From NCBI GenBank assembly GCA_003564925.1, contig PXDW01000025.1, positions 1 to 32,000 on the forward strand: a stretch of DNA of 32,000 bases, given 5' to 3'. Position 1 is the first letter of the stretch; every line of letters starts with the position of its first letter. The position numbers and the translations under genes are program-made. This document shows positions 16,327 through 25,736 of the stretch, piece after piece. A model generated the notes under the pieces. It ran no database searches. It was given only the letters and a program-made list of their open reading frames with translations, and was not told the origin of the DNA. The stretch is from Candidatus Woesearchaeota archaeon. Its GTDB lineage: Archaea; Nanobdellota; Nanobdellia; Woesearchaeales; PXDW01.

Positions 16327-18059
16327 TAAAGATAGCACCTTTTTTTGTATTTTGTATGTAGCAGCCTATGCGCTCTTTTTTGCCCTGGTTTTCCAATATA
16401 TTCTTTATATATCTTTATTACCGAAGGATTCAAATGAGACTTTCTTATCTTTGTTTTTTTATCATTGTCTATAATGGCTTTTTGGCGCTGTTTTAAGTTT
16501 TCAATATCATCATATCTGGGCTGTCCGCCTCCCCCTATACATCCTCCATAACAGGCCATAATCTCAACAAAATGATAAGCACAATTTCCTTCCCTAATAT
16601 CTTCCATAATCTTTCTTGCTTCCCCTAATGTATGAACTGCACAGACTTTTATTTCTTTGCCCGCAAGTTTTATACTGCCTTCTTTTATTGTACCAAATCC
16701 CCTTATTTGCTTATAATCAATTTTCCTTAAATCCTTTTTGGTTAAATAATCTGCAGCAGTCCTTAGAGCTGCTTCCATTACTCCTCCTGTTTTTCCAAAT
16801 ATTGTTCCAGCGCCAGTACTTTCTCCTAATGGATTGTCAAACTCTTCTTTTTCAAGATTGACAAAATCAATATTATATTGTTTTATAAGTTTTGCAAGCT
16901 CCACAGTAGTTAAAACATAATCAGCTTCGCCTTTAAATTCGTCTCTTTGAATCTCGAATTTTTTTGCAGTACATGGCATTATATCAACAACAATGATATC
17001 TTTTGGTTTCTTATTTATTTTCTTAGCATAATATGTTTTTACTAATGAGGCAAGCATAGCCTGTGGACTTCTGCAGCTTGACATATGATTAAGCTGCTCA
17101 AAATAAAATTGCTCTGCAAATTTTATCCAGGCCGGACAACATGTAGTAATCATTGGCAAATCCCTATTTTCCTTAAATCGCTTGACAAATTCTGTTGCTT
17201 CTTCAACAATTGTTATATCCGCAGCAAAGTCTGTGCTAAATACCTTATCAAAGCCAATTGCTTTAAGAGCGGCGACCATTTTTCCTGTAACGACAGTTCC
17301 GGGCTTCATATTGAAGCATTCGCCAAGAGTTGCCCTTATTGAGGGGGCGGTTTGCGCCACTAGGAATTTTCCAGAGTTTAAGGCATTTGTCACTTCTTCA
17401 ATATCACTATTTTCTGATAATGCTCCAGTAGGACACACTATTACACATTGGCCGCAGTTTACACAGTTGCTTTTTTCCATGTTCAAACCCAAAGGTGGCG
17501 CAACTTTCATATCAAATCCCCTATTTTGCTTTCCAATTGCATAAACGGTCTGTATACCATTGCAAACTCTTGTGCACTGTTCGCATAGGATACATTTCTC
17601 ATTGTCTCTCCAAATAGAGATGCTTGATTTATCCTTCTTTTCTTTTCTTTTTTCTCCTTCATACCTTATTTTATGAATAAGAAGATCCTCTGAATATCTC
17701 TGCAGTTTGCAGTTCAGGTTTTGGTTGCAAGTAAGACAGTCTCTGTCATGATTTGCTAAAAGAAGCTCAATATTTATTCTTCTTGCCTTCAAGACCCTTG
17801 GGCTTCTTGTATTAACAACCATTCCTTCACGAATATAGGTAGAGCATGAGGGAGCAAGCCTTTTCATTCCTTGAATCTCGACTACACAAAGCCTGCAAGA
17901 GCCAATTCGCTCCAGCCTTTCATTTGTACAAATATGAGGAATTTCAATATTATGTCTTTTTGCAACATCCAGAAGATATTCTCCTCTTTTTCCTTCAACC
18001 TCTTTATTGTCTAAAATGAATTTTATTTTTTCTGAATTTTGCTTTTTTGCTTTTTTCAT
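16326..18059 (-). CDS. hydA: [FeFe] hydrogenase catalytic subunit HydA (CpI-like M3 architecture)
   Basis: All three H-cluster motifs are intact: ITTCCPAWIKF, MPCTAKKFE and EIMACYGGCIGGGGQP. The N-terminal region has a [2Fe-2S] site (SCRLCVVEI), a His-ligated cluster (HDRDCLTCNQNLNC) and two ferredoxin motifs (CILCEQCTRVC, CVNCGQCVIVCP). Confidence 0.92.
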   Translation of the reverse strand: MKKAKKQNSEKIKFILDNKEVEGKRGEYLLDVAKRHNIEIPHICTNERLERIGSCRLCVVEIQGMKRLAPSCSTYIREGMVVNTRSPRVLKARRINIELLLANHDRDCLTCNQNLNCKLQRYSEDLLIHKIRYEGEKRKEKKDKSSISIWRDNEKCILCEQCTRVCNGIQTVYAIGKQNRGFDMKVAPPLGLNMEKSNCVNCGQCVIVCPTGALSENSDIEEVTNALNSGKFLVAQTAPSIRATLGECFNMKPGTVVTGKMVAALKAIGFDKVFSTDFAADITIVEEATEFVKRFKENRDLPMITTCCPAWIKFAEQFYFEQLNHMSSCRSPQAMLASLVKTYYAKKINKKPKDIIVVDIMPCTAKKFEIQRDEFKGEADYVLTTVELAKLIKQYNIDFVNLEKEEFDNPLGESTGAGTIFGKTGGVMEAALRTAADYLTKKDLRKIDYKQIRGFGTIKEGSIKLAGKEIKVCAVHTLGEARKIMEDIREGNCAYHFVEIMACYGGCIGGGGQPRYDDIENLKQRQKAIIDNDKKTKIRKSHLNPSVIKIYKEYIGKPGQKRAHRLLHTKYKKRCYL

Positions 18060-18110
18060 TTTGTATTTTTTAATTAATTGTGATTTTATTGATTTTGTTT
18101 TCTCGAGTTA

Positions 18111-19844
18111 TTATTTTTTTTCTATAGCCTTGAACGCACAAACTATATAACATTGCCCGCACTTTATACATTTTTCTTGGTCTATTATATGCATTTTTTT
18201 CTGCTTTCCTTCTATTGCATTTACAGGGCATACTTTGGAACACGCTCCACATCCTACACAATTTTCATTTATTGTGTATGAAAGCAATGCCTCGCACACG
18301 CCTGCAGAACATTTCTTTTCCTTTATATGCATTATATACTCTTTTTTAAAGTGTTTTAATGTTGAAATAATAGGGTTAGGGGCATTTTGGCCAAGTCCAC
18401 AAAGCGAGGTATCTTGAACAAATTCTGCAAGCTCTTGTATTCTTTTTAAAGTTTCTTCTGTGCCATTTCCTCTTGATATCTGAGTTAACATCTCAAGCAG
18501 CCTTTTTGTCCCTTCTCTGCAAGGAGTGCATTTCCCGCAGCTTTCCTCTTGTGTAAAACTTGTAAAGTATTTTGCAACACTTACCATACACGATGTGTTG
18601 TTTGTTATAATAAACCCTCCCGAGCCCATAATTGTTCCCAGACTTGCCATAACCTCAAAATCCAGAGGATTTTCCAAATCTTTTTTTGTAAGACATCCTC
18701 CTGCAGGCCCTCCCGAGAGGAGCGCTTTAAATTTTGTATTATCGGGACAACCTCCCCCAATAGAGAAAACAATTTCTTTAATTTTTATTCCGAATGGAAC
18801 CTCTATAACTCCTGTTCTTTTAACTTTTCCAGTTAGGCATAATATTTTTGTTCCTTTAGTATTCTTTGTTCCTATTTTTTTATATTCCTTTAAGCCTATT
18901 TTGAATATAGTTGTTACGTGCCCCCATGTTCCAACATTATTTACATTAGTAGGTTTTCTGTACAGCCCTTTTTCTCCAGGATATGGCGGCCTAGACATAG
19001 GATGGCCTCTTTTGCCTTCTATGCTTCTAATCATTGCTGTTTCCTCTCCACATACAAAAGCGCCAGCCCCTTTAATAATTTTTAATTCAAAATCAAATCC
19101 TTTTTTTCCAAGGATATTTTTGCCTAGAAGATTATTTTTGTAAGCCAAATCGATTGCATTTTGTAAAGTTTTTATTGCAAGGGGGTACTCCGCTCTTGTA
19201 TATATTATTCCTTCTTTTGCATTGGTTGCATAGGATCCTATAGTCATGCCCTCTATTATTCTAAAAGGATCAGATTCCATAAGAGCCCTGTTCATAAAAG
19301 CTCCTGGATCACCTTCATCTCCGTTGCATATTAAGTATTTTTCTCCTTTCTTTTTTGCTATAATCTGCCATTTTTTTCCAGTAGAAAATCCAGCCCCACC
19401 TCTTCCCCTAAGCTCGGCATCAAGAATTTCCTTAATAACTTCGGCAGGGGTGAGTGAAAGGGCTTTTTTTAATGAGCTGTACCCTCCTTTCTCTAAATAA
19501 TCTTCAATTTTATCTGGGTTTATAATTCCGCAATTTTCCATTACTATCCTTTTTTGTTTTTTATAGAAATTTAAGGAATCAATATTTTTTGCTATAAAAA
19601 GCTCTCTGCACATTTTATTTTTCTTTATGCAGTCAATCAAATCCTTGACATTTCTCTCTGTTACATTTCCATAAATCTCTTTGCTTTTTTCTTTAATTAC
19701 AGTAACAATAGGCTCATTATAGCACATACCTATACATCCTACTTTTTCAACAGGAAGATTGGCTTTTTTTAACTCATTGTATACTGGCATAGCTCCTGAT
19801 GATATCCCACAGGTTGCAAGCCCGACTGTAATTTTTTTTATCAT
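18111..19844 (-). CDS. hydB: HydB / NuoF-like flavoprotein subunit of a bifurcating-type [FeFe] hydrogenase
   Basis: N-terminal thioredoxin-like [2Fe-2S] region (GLATCGISSGA…CIGMCYNEP). NADH/FMN motifs GRGGAGFSTGKKW and GAGAFVCGEETA. CGKCTPCREG. C-terminal 2x[4Fe-4S] (CVGCGACSKVCP, CIKCGQCYIVC). Confidence 0.9.
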   Translation of the reverse strand: MIKKITVGLATCGISSGAMPVYNELKKANLPVEKVGCIGMCYNEPIVTVIKEKSKEIYGNVTERNVKDLIDCIKKNKMCRELFIAKNIDSLNFYKKQKRIVMENCGIINPDKIEDYLEKGGYSSLKKALSLTPAEVIKEILDAELRGRGGAGFSTGKKWQIIAKKKGEKYLICNGDEGDPGAFMNRALMESDPFRIIEGMTIGSYATNAKEGIIYTRAEYPLAIKTLQNAIDLAYKNNLLGKNILGKKGFDFELKIIKGAGAFVCGEETAMIRSIEGKRGHPMSRPPYPGEKGLYRKPTNVNNVGTWGHVTTIFKIGLKEYKKIGTKNTKGTKILCLTGKVKRTGVIEVPFGIKIKEIVFSIGGGCPDNTKFKALLSGGPAGGCLTKKDLENPLDFEVMASLGTIMGSGGFIITNNTSCMVSVAKYFTSFTQEESCGKCTPCREGTKRLLEMLTQISRGNGTEETLKRIQELAEFVQDTSLCGLGQNAPNPIISTLKHFKKEYIMHIKEKKCSAGVCEALLSYTINENCVGCGACSKVCPVNAIEGKQKKMHIIDQEKCIKCGQCYIVCAFKAIEKK

Positions 19845-19906
19845 TTTTCTATTGGATTATTTTTTTTTATTGTTTTAAGCCATTATTTTTTATAAGCTAC
19901 TAAAAA

Positions 19907-20506
19907 TTATTCCAAACCATCCAAAATTTTTTTAATCTTTTCTTCGTCAAGATCACCATATACAGTATTGTTAATCATCATAGCCGGGGCTTTTGCGCAA
20001 GCCCCTATACAATTGACAGATCCTAAGCTAAATTTTTTGTCCTTGGTTGTTTCATTTACTTTTATATCAAGGATATTCTCTATATATCTTATTAAAGACA
20101 CGGAGTTTTTTACGTGGCATGCTGTCCCGTTGCAAACAGCAATATTATATTTTCCCGGAGGATTAAACCTAAAATATGTATAGAATGTCAGAACACCATA
20201 AATATGGGTGGCAGGTATATTAATCTCTTTTGACAGTCTTATTATATTTTCTTCTGATATGTATCCTTCATTTTCCTGTATTTCCTGGAGCATTATTATT
20301 ACATTTTTTTTCTGTTTTTTTTCAAATAATTCTGGATTGGATTTGACATCTTTAAGAAATTTCTTTTTTAGGGAATTAAGATATTCTGTATTCGGCTTTT
20401 TTTTCCCTATATATCTAATATAAGGCTTGAATTTTTCATTTTGTATTGAATAGAAAAGAAAGAAATAGCTATTATTTCCTAATTGCACCTCTTTTAAAAA
20501 AACCAT
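19907..20506 (-). CDS. hydC: HydC / NuoE-like [2Fe-2S] subunit
   Basis: GVLTFYTYFRFNPPGKYNIAVCNGTACHV…CIGACAKAP. The N-terminal 55 aa or so are unconserved-looking, so the start codon is uncertain. Confidence 0.8.
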   Translation of the reverse strand: MVFLKEVQLGNNSYFFLFYSIQNEKFKPYIRYIGKKKPNTEYLNSLKKKFLKDVKSNPELFEKKQKKNVIIMLQEIQENEGYISEENIIRLSKEINIPATHIYGVLTFYTYFRFNPPGKYNIAVCNGTACHVKNSVSLIRYIENILDIKVNETTKDKKFSLGSVNCIGACAKAPAMMINNTVYGDLDEEKIKKILDGLE

Positions 20507-20609
20507 GTATTTTCATATTAAATACTACTATAAATAAGTTTTGATTAGAATTTCTAAAGAAAGGCCAAAACCAAAAACTATATATATGCCCATATAATGA
20601 ATAAGACCT

Positions 20610-21755
20610 ATGGGGTGGATAGAGCAAAAAGAGGTGGTATTGAACTGGATTTCCAGCCTTAGGTATGGAGAATTTATACTCAACAAATATTCTTATGCAG
20701 CTTTAATATTCTTTAGTTTTATAGTTCTGTCTTTTTTGGTTAGGTATCTATACAAAACAGTTTTCTTTAATATTGCAAAAAGAACAAGAACAGACATAGA
20801 CAATAATATCCTTAAAGCTACAAAGTGGCCCATATCAATAATTATAATAATTTTTGGATTAAGAGTTGGTGTAATACCTCTAAGCCTTTCAGAAAGGTTA
20901 ACAGAAATTATCTATAATCTTGTTGATTCGATTGTAATATTTATAATTGCAGCTTTGCTTACTTCAATAATAAATATATTGGTTGAAGCTTGGGGAAGAA
21001 GATTCGGAGAAAAAACAGAATCTGAAACAGATATTCATCTTTTGAGCATATTCCATAGATTTGTAAAGGTTCTTTTTTTTATATTGGCCTTTTTATTTGT
21101 TTTGGAAAGATGGGGTGTAGAAATAGGCCCTCTTTTAGCAAGCTTGGGTATAGCTGGTATTGCTGTGGGCTTTGCTGTTAAAGATAGCTTAGCAAATATT
21201 TTCGGTGGAATACAGCTTATAATGGACAAGACATTTAAGGCTGGAGACAAAATAGAGCTGGCTGATGGAACAGTAGGAGTAGTTCAGGATATAAGCTTAA
21301 GAAGTACAAGAATAAGAACTTATGATAATGAGCTGATTATAGTTCCCAATGGGAAATTTTCAAATGAAAATATAAAAAATCATGTCCAGCCTGACTTGAA
21401 AGTAAGGGTTAGAGTTCCTTTTGGGGTTGTTTACGGCTCAGATATAAAAAAGGTTAAAAAAGTTGTTTTGAAAGCCATAAAAACAATTGATGGCATAATG
21501 GATGAACCGGCCCCAGATGTCTTATTTTTGGAGATGGCTGATTTTTCATTAAACTTCAGAGCACAGTTCTGGGTTCCGAGTTATACGCAAAAATTTATGT
21601 CAAATATAAAAGCAAATGAGCTTATTTATGATGCATTAAATAAGGCAGGAATCGGAATACCCTTCCCTACAAGAACTTTGTATGTCCATAACTTAAATGA
21701 TAATAAGAATAATAAGAAAGATAATAAAAATAAGAAAAAAACAGATAAAAAATAA
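20610..21755 (+). CDS. mscS: MscS-family mechanosensitive channel
   Basis: TM3 and beta-domain signature GIAGIAVGFAVKDSLANIFGGIQLIMDKTFKAGDKIEL…GVVQDISLRSTRIRTYDNELIIVPNG. Lys/Asn-rich C-terminal tail. Confidence 0.85.
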   Translation: MGWIEQKEVVLNWISSLRYGEFILNKYSYAALIFFSFIVLSFLVRYLYKTVFFNIAKRTRTDIDNNILKATKWPISIIIIIFGLRVGVIPLSLSERLTEIIYNLVDSIVIFIIAALLTSIINILVEAWGRRFGEKTESETDIHLLSIFHRFVKVLFFILAFLFVLERWGVEIGPLLASLGIAGIAVGFAVKDSLANIFGGIQLIMDKTFKAGDKIELADGTVGVVQDISLRSTRIRTYDNELIIVPNGKFSNENIKNHVQPDLKVRVRVPFGVVYGSDIKKVKKVVLKAIKTIDGIMDEPAPDVLFLEMADFSLNFRAQFWVPSYTQKFMSNIKANELIYDALNKAGIGIPFPTRTLYVHNLNDNKNNKKDNKNKKKTDKK

Positions 21756-21817
21756 TATAGCAAACTGAAATAGTTAAATAGCAGAGAAAAAATAAATAAC
21801 ATATTCAACATAAAAAA

Positions 21818-21823
21818 GAGGTG
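21818..21823 (+). promoter_or_regulatory. Shine-Dalgarno-like GAGGTG for ppsA
   Basis: AAAAGAGGTGTTT lies 5 nt upstream of ATG 21829. A near-identical AAAAGAGGTGTTT precedes the 9418 gene. Confidence 0.4.
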
Positions 21824-21828
21824 TTTTT

Positions 21829-24255
21829 ATGAACAAAGCAATTCAAAATATACTATGGTTTAATGAGACTTCTATTGATGATGTTCCTATTGTTGGAGGA
21901 AAAAATGCTTCTCTTGGAGAGATGTATTGTGAATTAACAAGTAAAGGAATAAATGTCCCTAATGGGTTTGCCCTAACAGCGCATGCATATGATTATTTTA
22001 TTGCCCATTCAAAATTGCATATAAAGATTCAGAATATCTTGAGAAAAATAAAAAAAGGGAATGTTGGAAGCCTTCATAAGCACGGATCAGAGATAAGACA
22101 TCTTATTCTTGATTCTGATTTTCCTGAAGACTTGGTTAAGGAAATAAAAGAGGCTTATGAAAAATTATCAAAACAATATAAAACAAATAATGTAGATGTT
22201 GCAGTAAGGAGTTCTGCAACTGCTGAGGACCTTCCGGATGCAAGTTTCGCGGGCCAGCAGGAAACATACCTAAATATAAAAGGATATAAACAGGTTATAG
22301 AAGCTTGTAAAAAATGCATAGCTTCCCTTTATACTGACAGAGCCATAAGCTATAGGGTTGATAAAAAATTCAGCCACTATAAAATTAAGCTTAGTGTTGG
22401 AATACAAAAGATGGTTAGGTCAGACAAGGCAAATTCAGGGGTTATGTTTACAATCGATACTGAATCAGGCTTTAAAGATGTTGTTTATATAACCGCTGCC
22501 TATGGCTTGGGTGAAAATGTTGTGCAGGGAAAGGTAATACCTGATGAGTACTATGTTTTTAAGCCAACACTCAAGGAAGGATTTAAGCCCATAATCTCAA
22601 AGAAGATAGGGTCTAAATCACACAAGATGATTTATGATGATTCAGGGAGCAAGACAACAAAAAATGTTACTGTACCCAAAGAAGACCAAAAAAATATTGT
22701 TTTAAAGAACAATGAAATTCTAAAGCTTGCCGAATGGGGATGTATAATCGAGGATCACTACTCAAAAAAAGCCCATTATTACAAACCCATGGATATTGAA
22801 TGGGCAAAAGATGGGGATACTGGGAAGCTATTTATTGTTCAGGCAAGACCAGAAACGGTCCATAGCCAGAGGGATATCAGCAAATATTATGAATATAGGC
22901 TCAAAAGAAAAGGCAGAATTATCATATCCGGAGCTAGCGTAGGTTCAAAAATAGGCTCAGGAAATGTAAATATAATTAAAGATGTCCGAGAGATGTCTAG
23001 ATTTAAGAAAGGCCAGGTTCTTGTAACTGATATGACAGATCCAGACTGGGAACCTATAATGAAAATAGCTTCCGGCATAATAACAAATAGGGGAGGAAGA
23101 ACCTGTCACGCTGCTATTGTTTCAAGAGAATTAGGAATTCCATGCATTGTGGGGACAATTAACGGAACAAAGGTTCTTAAGAATAATCAGATAGTTACAC
23201 TGGACTGCTCACAGGGCGAACTTGGTTATGTTTACCAGGGAAGTTTGCCTTATGAAAAGAAGGAATACAGCTTGAAGAATTTCAGAAAGACAAGAACAAA
23301 AATAATGCTTAATCTTGGGAATCCTGAAGAGGCTTTTAACTTAAGCTTCATACCGAATGAGGGTGTGGGTCTTGCAAGGGAAGAGTTCATAATCAACTCA
23401 TATATCAAAGTCCATCCTTTGGTTTTGATAGATTACAAAAAATTAGATAATTCAAGATTAAAGGATGAAATAGATGAGCTTACTTATGGTTATAAAGATA
23501 AAACGCAATTCTACATTGATAAGCTTGCAGAAGGGGTGGCTATGCTTGCAGCAGCATTTTATCCAAAAGATGTAATAGTAAGGTTTTCAGATTTTAAAAG
23601 CAATGAGTACGCAAATCTTTTAGGTGGAAAGCTATACGAGCCGAACGAGGACAATCCTATGATAGGTTGGAGAGGCGCATCCCGTTATTATGATAATAAG
23701 TTCAAGAAGGCTTTTGCCCTCGAGTGTAAGGCAATGAAAAAAGTTAGGGAAGAATTTGGGCTAAAAAACCTTAAGCTTATGGTTCCTTTCTGTAGGACAA
23801 TGGATGAAGGTAAAAAGGTTCTTAATGAGATGAAGCTTTCCGGTCTTGAAAGGGGCAAAGACGGATTGGAAGTTTATGTTATGTGCGAAATACCCAGCAA
23901 TGTAATACTTGCAGATGAGTTCGCAAAGGTATTTGACGGTTTTTCCATAGGGACTAATGACTTAACACAGCTTACTCTTGGACTGGACAGGGATTCTGAA
24001 CTTGTTGCAGGAATATATGATGAGAGAAACCCTGCTGTAAAAAGGCTTGTAAGTGATGTTATCTCAGTTGCAAAGCACAACAATAAAAAGATAGGGATAT
24101 GTGGAGATGCACCATCAACTTTTGATGATTTTGCAAAGTTTTTGGTTAAGGAAGGCATTGATTCAATAAGCTTAAGTCCTGATGCTGTAATCAAGACAAC
24201 ACTAAAAATAATAGAGAAAGAAAAAGAATTAGGCATACTGCCCAAATTAAATTAA
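21829..24255 (+). CDS. ppsA: Phosphoenolpyruvate synthase (pyruvate, water dikinase)
   Basis: VPIVGGKNASLGEM, VAVRSSATAEDLPDASFAGQQETYLN, the phosphohistidine loop GGRTCHAAIVSRELGIPCIVG, and GFSIGTNDLTQLTLGLDRD. Confidence 0.92.
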   Translation: MNKAIQNILWFNETSIDDVPIVGGKNASLGEMYCELTSKGINVPNGFALTAHAYDYFIAHSKLHIKIQNILRKIKKGNVGSLHKHGSEIRHLILDSDFPEDLVKEIKEAYEKLSKQYKTNNVDVAVRSSATAEDLPDASFAGQQETYLNIKGYKQVIEACKKCIASLYTDRAISYRVDKKFSHYKIKLSVGIQKMVRSDKANSGVMFTIDTESGFKDVVYITAAYGLGENVVQGKVIPDEYYVFKPTLKEGFKPIISKKIGSKSHKMIYDDSGSKTTKNVTVPKEDQKNIVLKNNEILKLAEWGCIIEDHYSKKAHYYKPMDIEWAKDGDTGKLFIVQARPETVHSQRDISKYYEYRLKRKGRIIISGASVGSKIGSGNVNIIKDVREMSRFKKGQVLVTDMTDPDWEPIMKIASGIITNRGGRTCHAAIVSRELGIPCIVGTINGTKVLKNNQIVTLDCSQGELGYVYQGSLPYEKKEYSLKNFRKTRTKIMLNLGNPEEAFNLSFIPNEGVGLAREEFIINSYIKVHPLVLIDYKKLDNSRLKDEIDELTYGYKDKTQFYIDKLAEGVAMLAAAFYPKDVIVRFSDFKSNEYANLLGGKLYEPNEDNPMIGWRGASRYYDNKFKKAFALECKAMKKVREEFGLKNLKLMVPFCRTMDEGKKVLNEMKLSGLERGKDGLEVYVMCEIPSNVILADEFAKVFDGFSIGTNDLTQLTLGLDRDSELVAGIYDERNPAVKRLVSDVISVAKHNNKKIGICGDAPSTFDDFAKFLVKEGIDSISLSPDAVIKTTLKIIEKEKELGILPKLN

Positions 24256-24303
24256 TTTTTTTATTAGTTTTTATTTACCAGTTTTTAGTATATTCTTTTC
24301 TTA

Positions 24304-24522
24304 TTACCAATCAAAATCTTCGAGATCTCTATGGAAGTCTTCGATATCTTCGCTGTCTAGGTTGTTTTCTAGGTTTCCAAGGCTGTTTATGTTGTCTGTT
24401 ATTTCTTCCAGATCAGTTGACTCTTCTTTTGACTCTGGCTCTTCAGTCTCATATTGGACACATCCTGTGAACAAAACTGATAGAGCAATAATAATCCCTA
24501 ATATCCCAATCACTTTAATCAT
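24304..24522 (-). CDS. Small acidic secreted or lipid-anchored protein
   Basis: 72 aa. Hydrophobic signal segment ending in the lipobox-like LFTGC, then a D/E-rich tail. 4-nt overlap with the upstream gene. Confidence 0.45.
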   Translation of the reverse strand: MIKVIGILGIIIALSVLFTGCVQYETEEPESKEESTDLEEITDNINSLGNLENNLDSEDIEDFHRDLEDFDW

Positions 24523-25550
24523 TTTTCATCAACCTCTATCAATTCATATAATTCATATTTATTAAGTTTTGTTTCATCTGTTATGTCTCCCCCGGACTCT
24601 TTTATTTCATTAATAATCTCTATAAGCAACCTATGGGCATCTTTTAAGTCCTCATGAGCTTGCCTAAGCAATTCTCTTGCTTCATCTATCATTTCTAAGT
24701 CGGGATAAGTGTCAGAGCTTTTAAGCAATGATGAAGCTTCATTATATTTAATCTTTGCATCAAGTACGTATTCACTAAATTCATCAACTTTTTCGCTTAT
24801 TACTTCAATATCTATTCCTTGTTTTTCCATATCATCAAGAATATTGTCAAGTCTCTGCTCTAAAAGCTCGCTTCTTCTTAATATATTCCAGACTTCTCCA
24901 CTTACTAAGTTTGCTACATATAATCTTTCTCTGTTTTTAAATCTGTTCCATACACTATTTATATCTCTTGCAGCTTCTCTGATTTCCTCTTTTGTCTCCG
25001 CGGCTTTTGCTACTAATATTGATTCATGCATCTCTTCTATGGCTTTTTTGATATCAATCACCATATGTTGAGCTTTTTCGTCATCAATTTCTTCAGAAGC
25101 TAAAACAAGATTTTTTATCTTATTTAGATGTTCTATTGTCATATAAGCTCCATTTATTATAAAGTTTCTTGCATTTTCAAGAGCCTTTTCTTCAATATTT
25201 TCACATTCTTCATTGTCTGAACCAATACATTCTCTTAATTGCTCTCTTATTTGATGAAAATCTTCTCTCTTATCCCTAAAAACTGAATTGTACTGGGCAT
25301 ACTTACTTACTGCCTGGCCGTAATTCATTAATGCTTCTTTCTTAACTTCTTCTCCAACTTCTCTTTTCCTATAAACAAAATCTACATCTATGGGCCTTAA
25401 TTCGTATTTGTCTATAGCTTGTATAGCATTCTCCTTTCCCATTTCTAAAATTCTTTTCTGCTCTGCCCTTAACATATTTGAGAATACTTTTTTTTGCTCC
25501 ACACTTAAATTTTCAATAAGCTCTGAAGAATCAATCTTTGATTTAACCAA
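24519..25550 (-). CDS. Acidic, predicted all-helical/coiled-coil protein of unknown function. The open frame continues upstream to 25736 without a start codon.
   Basis: 343-aa ORF from TTG 25550, rich in E/K/D heptad-like sequence. See the finding on the in-frame TAA at 25737-25739. Confidence 0.55.
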   Translation of the reverse strand: MVKSKIDSSELIENLSVEQKKVFSNMLRAEQKRILEMGKENAIQAIDKYELRPIDVDFVYRKREVGEEVKKEALMNYGQAVSKYAQYNSVFRDKREDFHQIREQLRECIGSDNEECENIEEKALENARNFIINGAYMTIEHLNKIKNLVLASEEIDDEKAQHMVIDIKKAIEEMHESILVAKAAETKEEIREAARDINSVWNRFKNRERLYVANLVSGEVWNILRRSELLEQRLDNILDDMEKQGIDIEVISEKVDEFSEYVLDAKIKYNEASSLLKSSDTYPDLEMIDEARELLRQAHEDLKDAHRLLIEIINEIKESGGDITDETKLNKYELYELIEVDEK

Positions 25551-25736
25551 TCTTTTTATATCCTCACCAATATCAGAGCTTTCAGCAGAGTCATCCTGTT
25601 CTAATATTTTTTTTGATGATTCAGCGGCTATTTCTGAAATGCTTTGTCTTGGAGATGACGCGCTTTCTACAGGTTCTCTAAGATCTTTGGGTGGGGAACC
25701 AGCATTATCGCTGCCAACTGAAGTATCTTCAGACTC

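Noticed and set aside
17085-17544. 85-aa and 120-aa plus-strand ORFs inside hydA
   Set aside because: Antisense to the [FeFe] hydrogenase catalytic gene, with no independent support.
18526-19143. 205-aa plus-strand ORF, with a 95-aa ORF at 18549-18836, inside the hydB region
   Set aside because: Antisense shadow of a gene with many strong NuoF/HydB motifs. The translated sequence is low-complexity (P/F/L/I-rich) with no recognisable motif.
21690-21755. Asn/Lys-rich repetitive tail of the MscS gene (NDNKNNKKDNKNKKKTDKK) resembling a DNA-level AAT/AAG microsatellite
   Set aside because: Low-complexity C-terminal tails of this kind are expected in very AT-rich genomes. No regular repeat unit is present.
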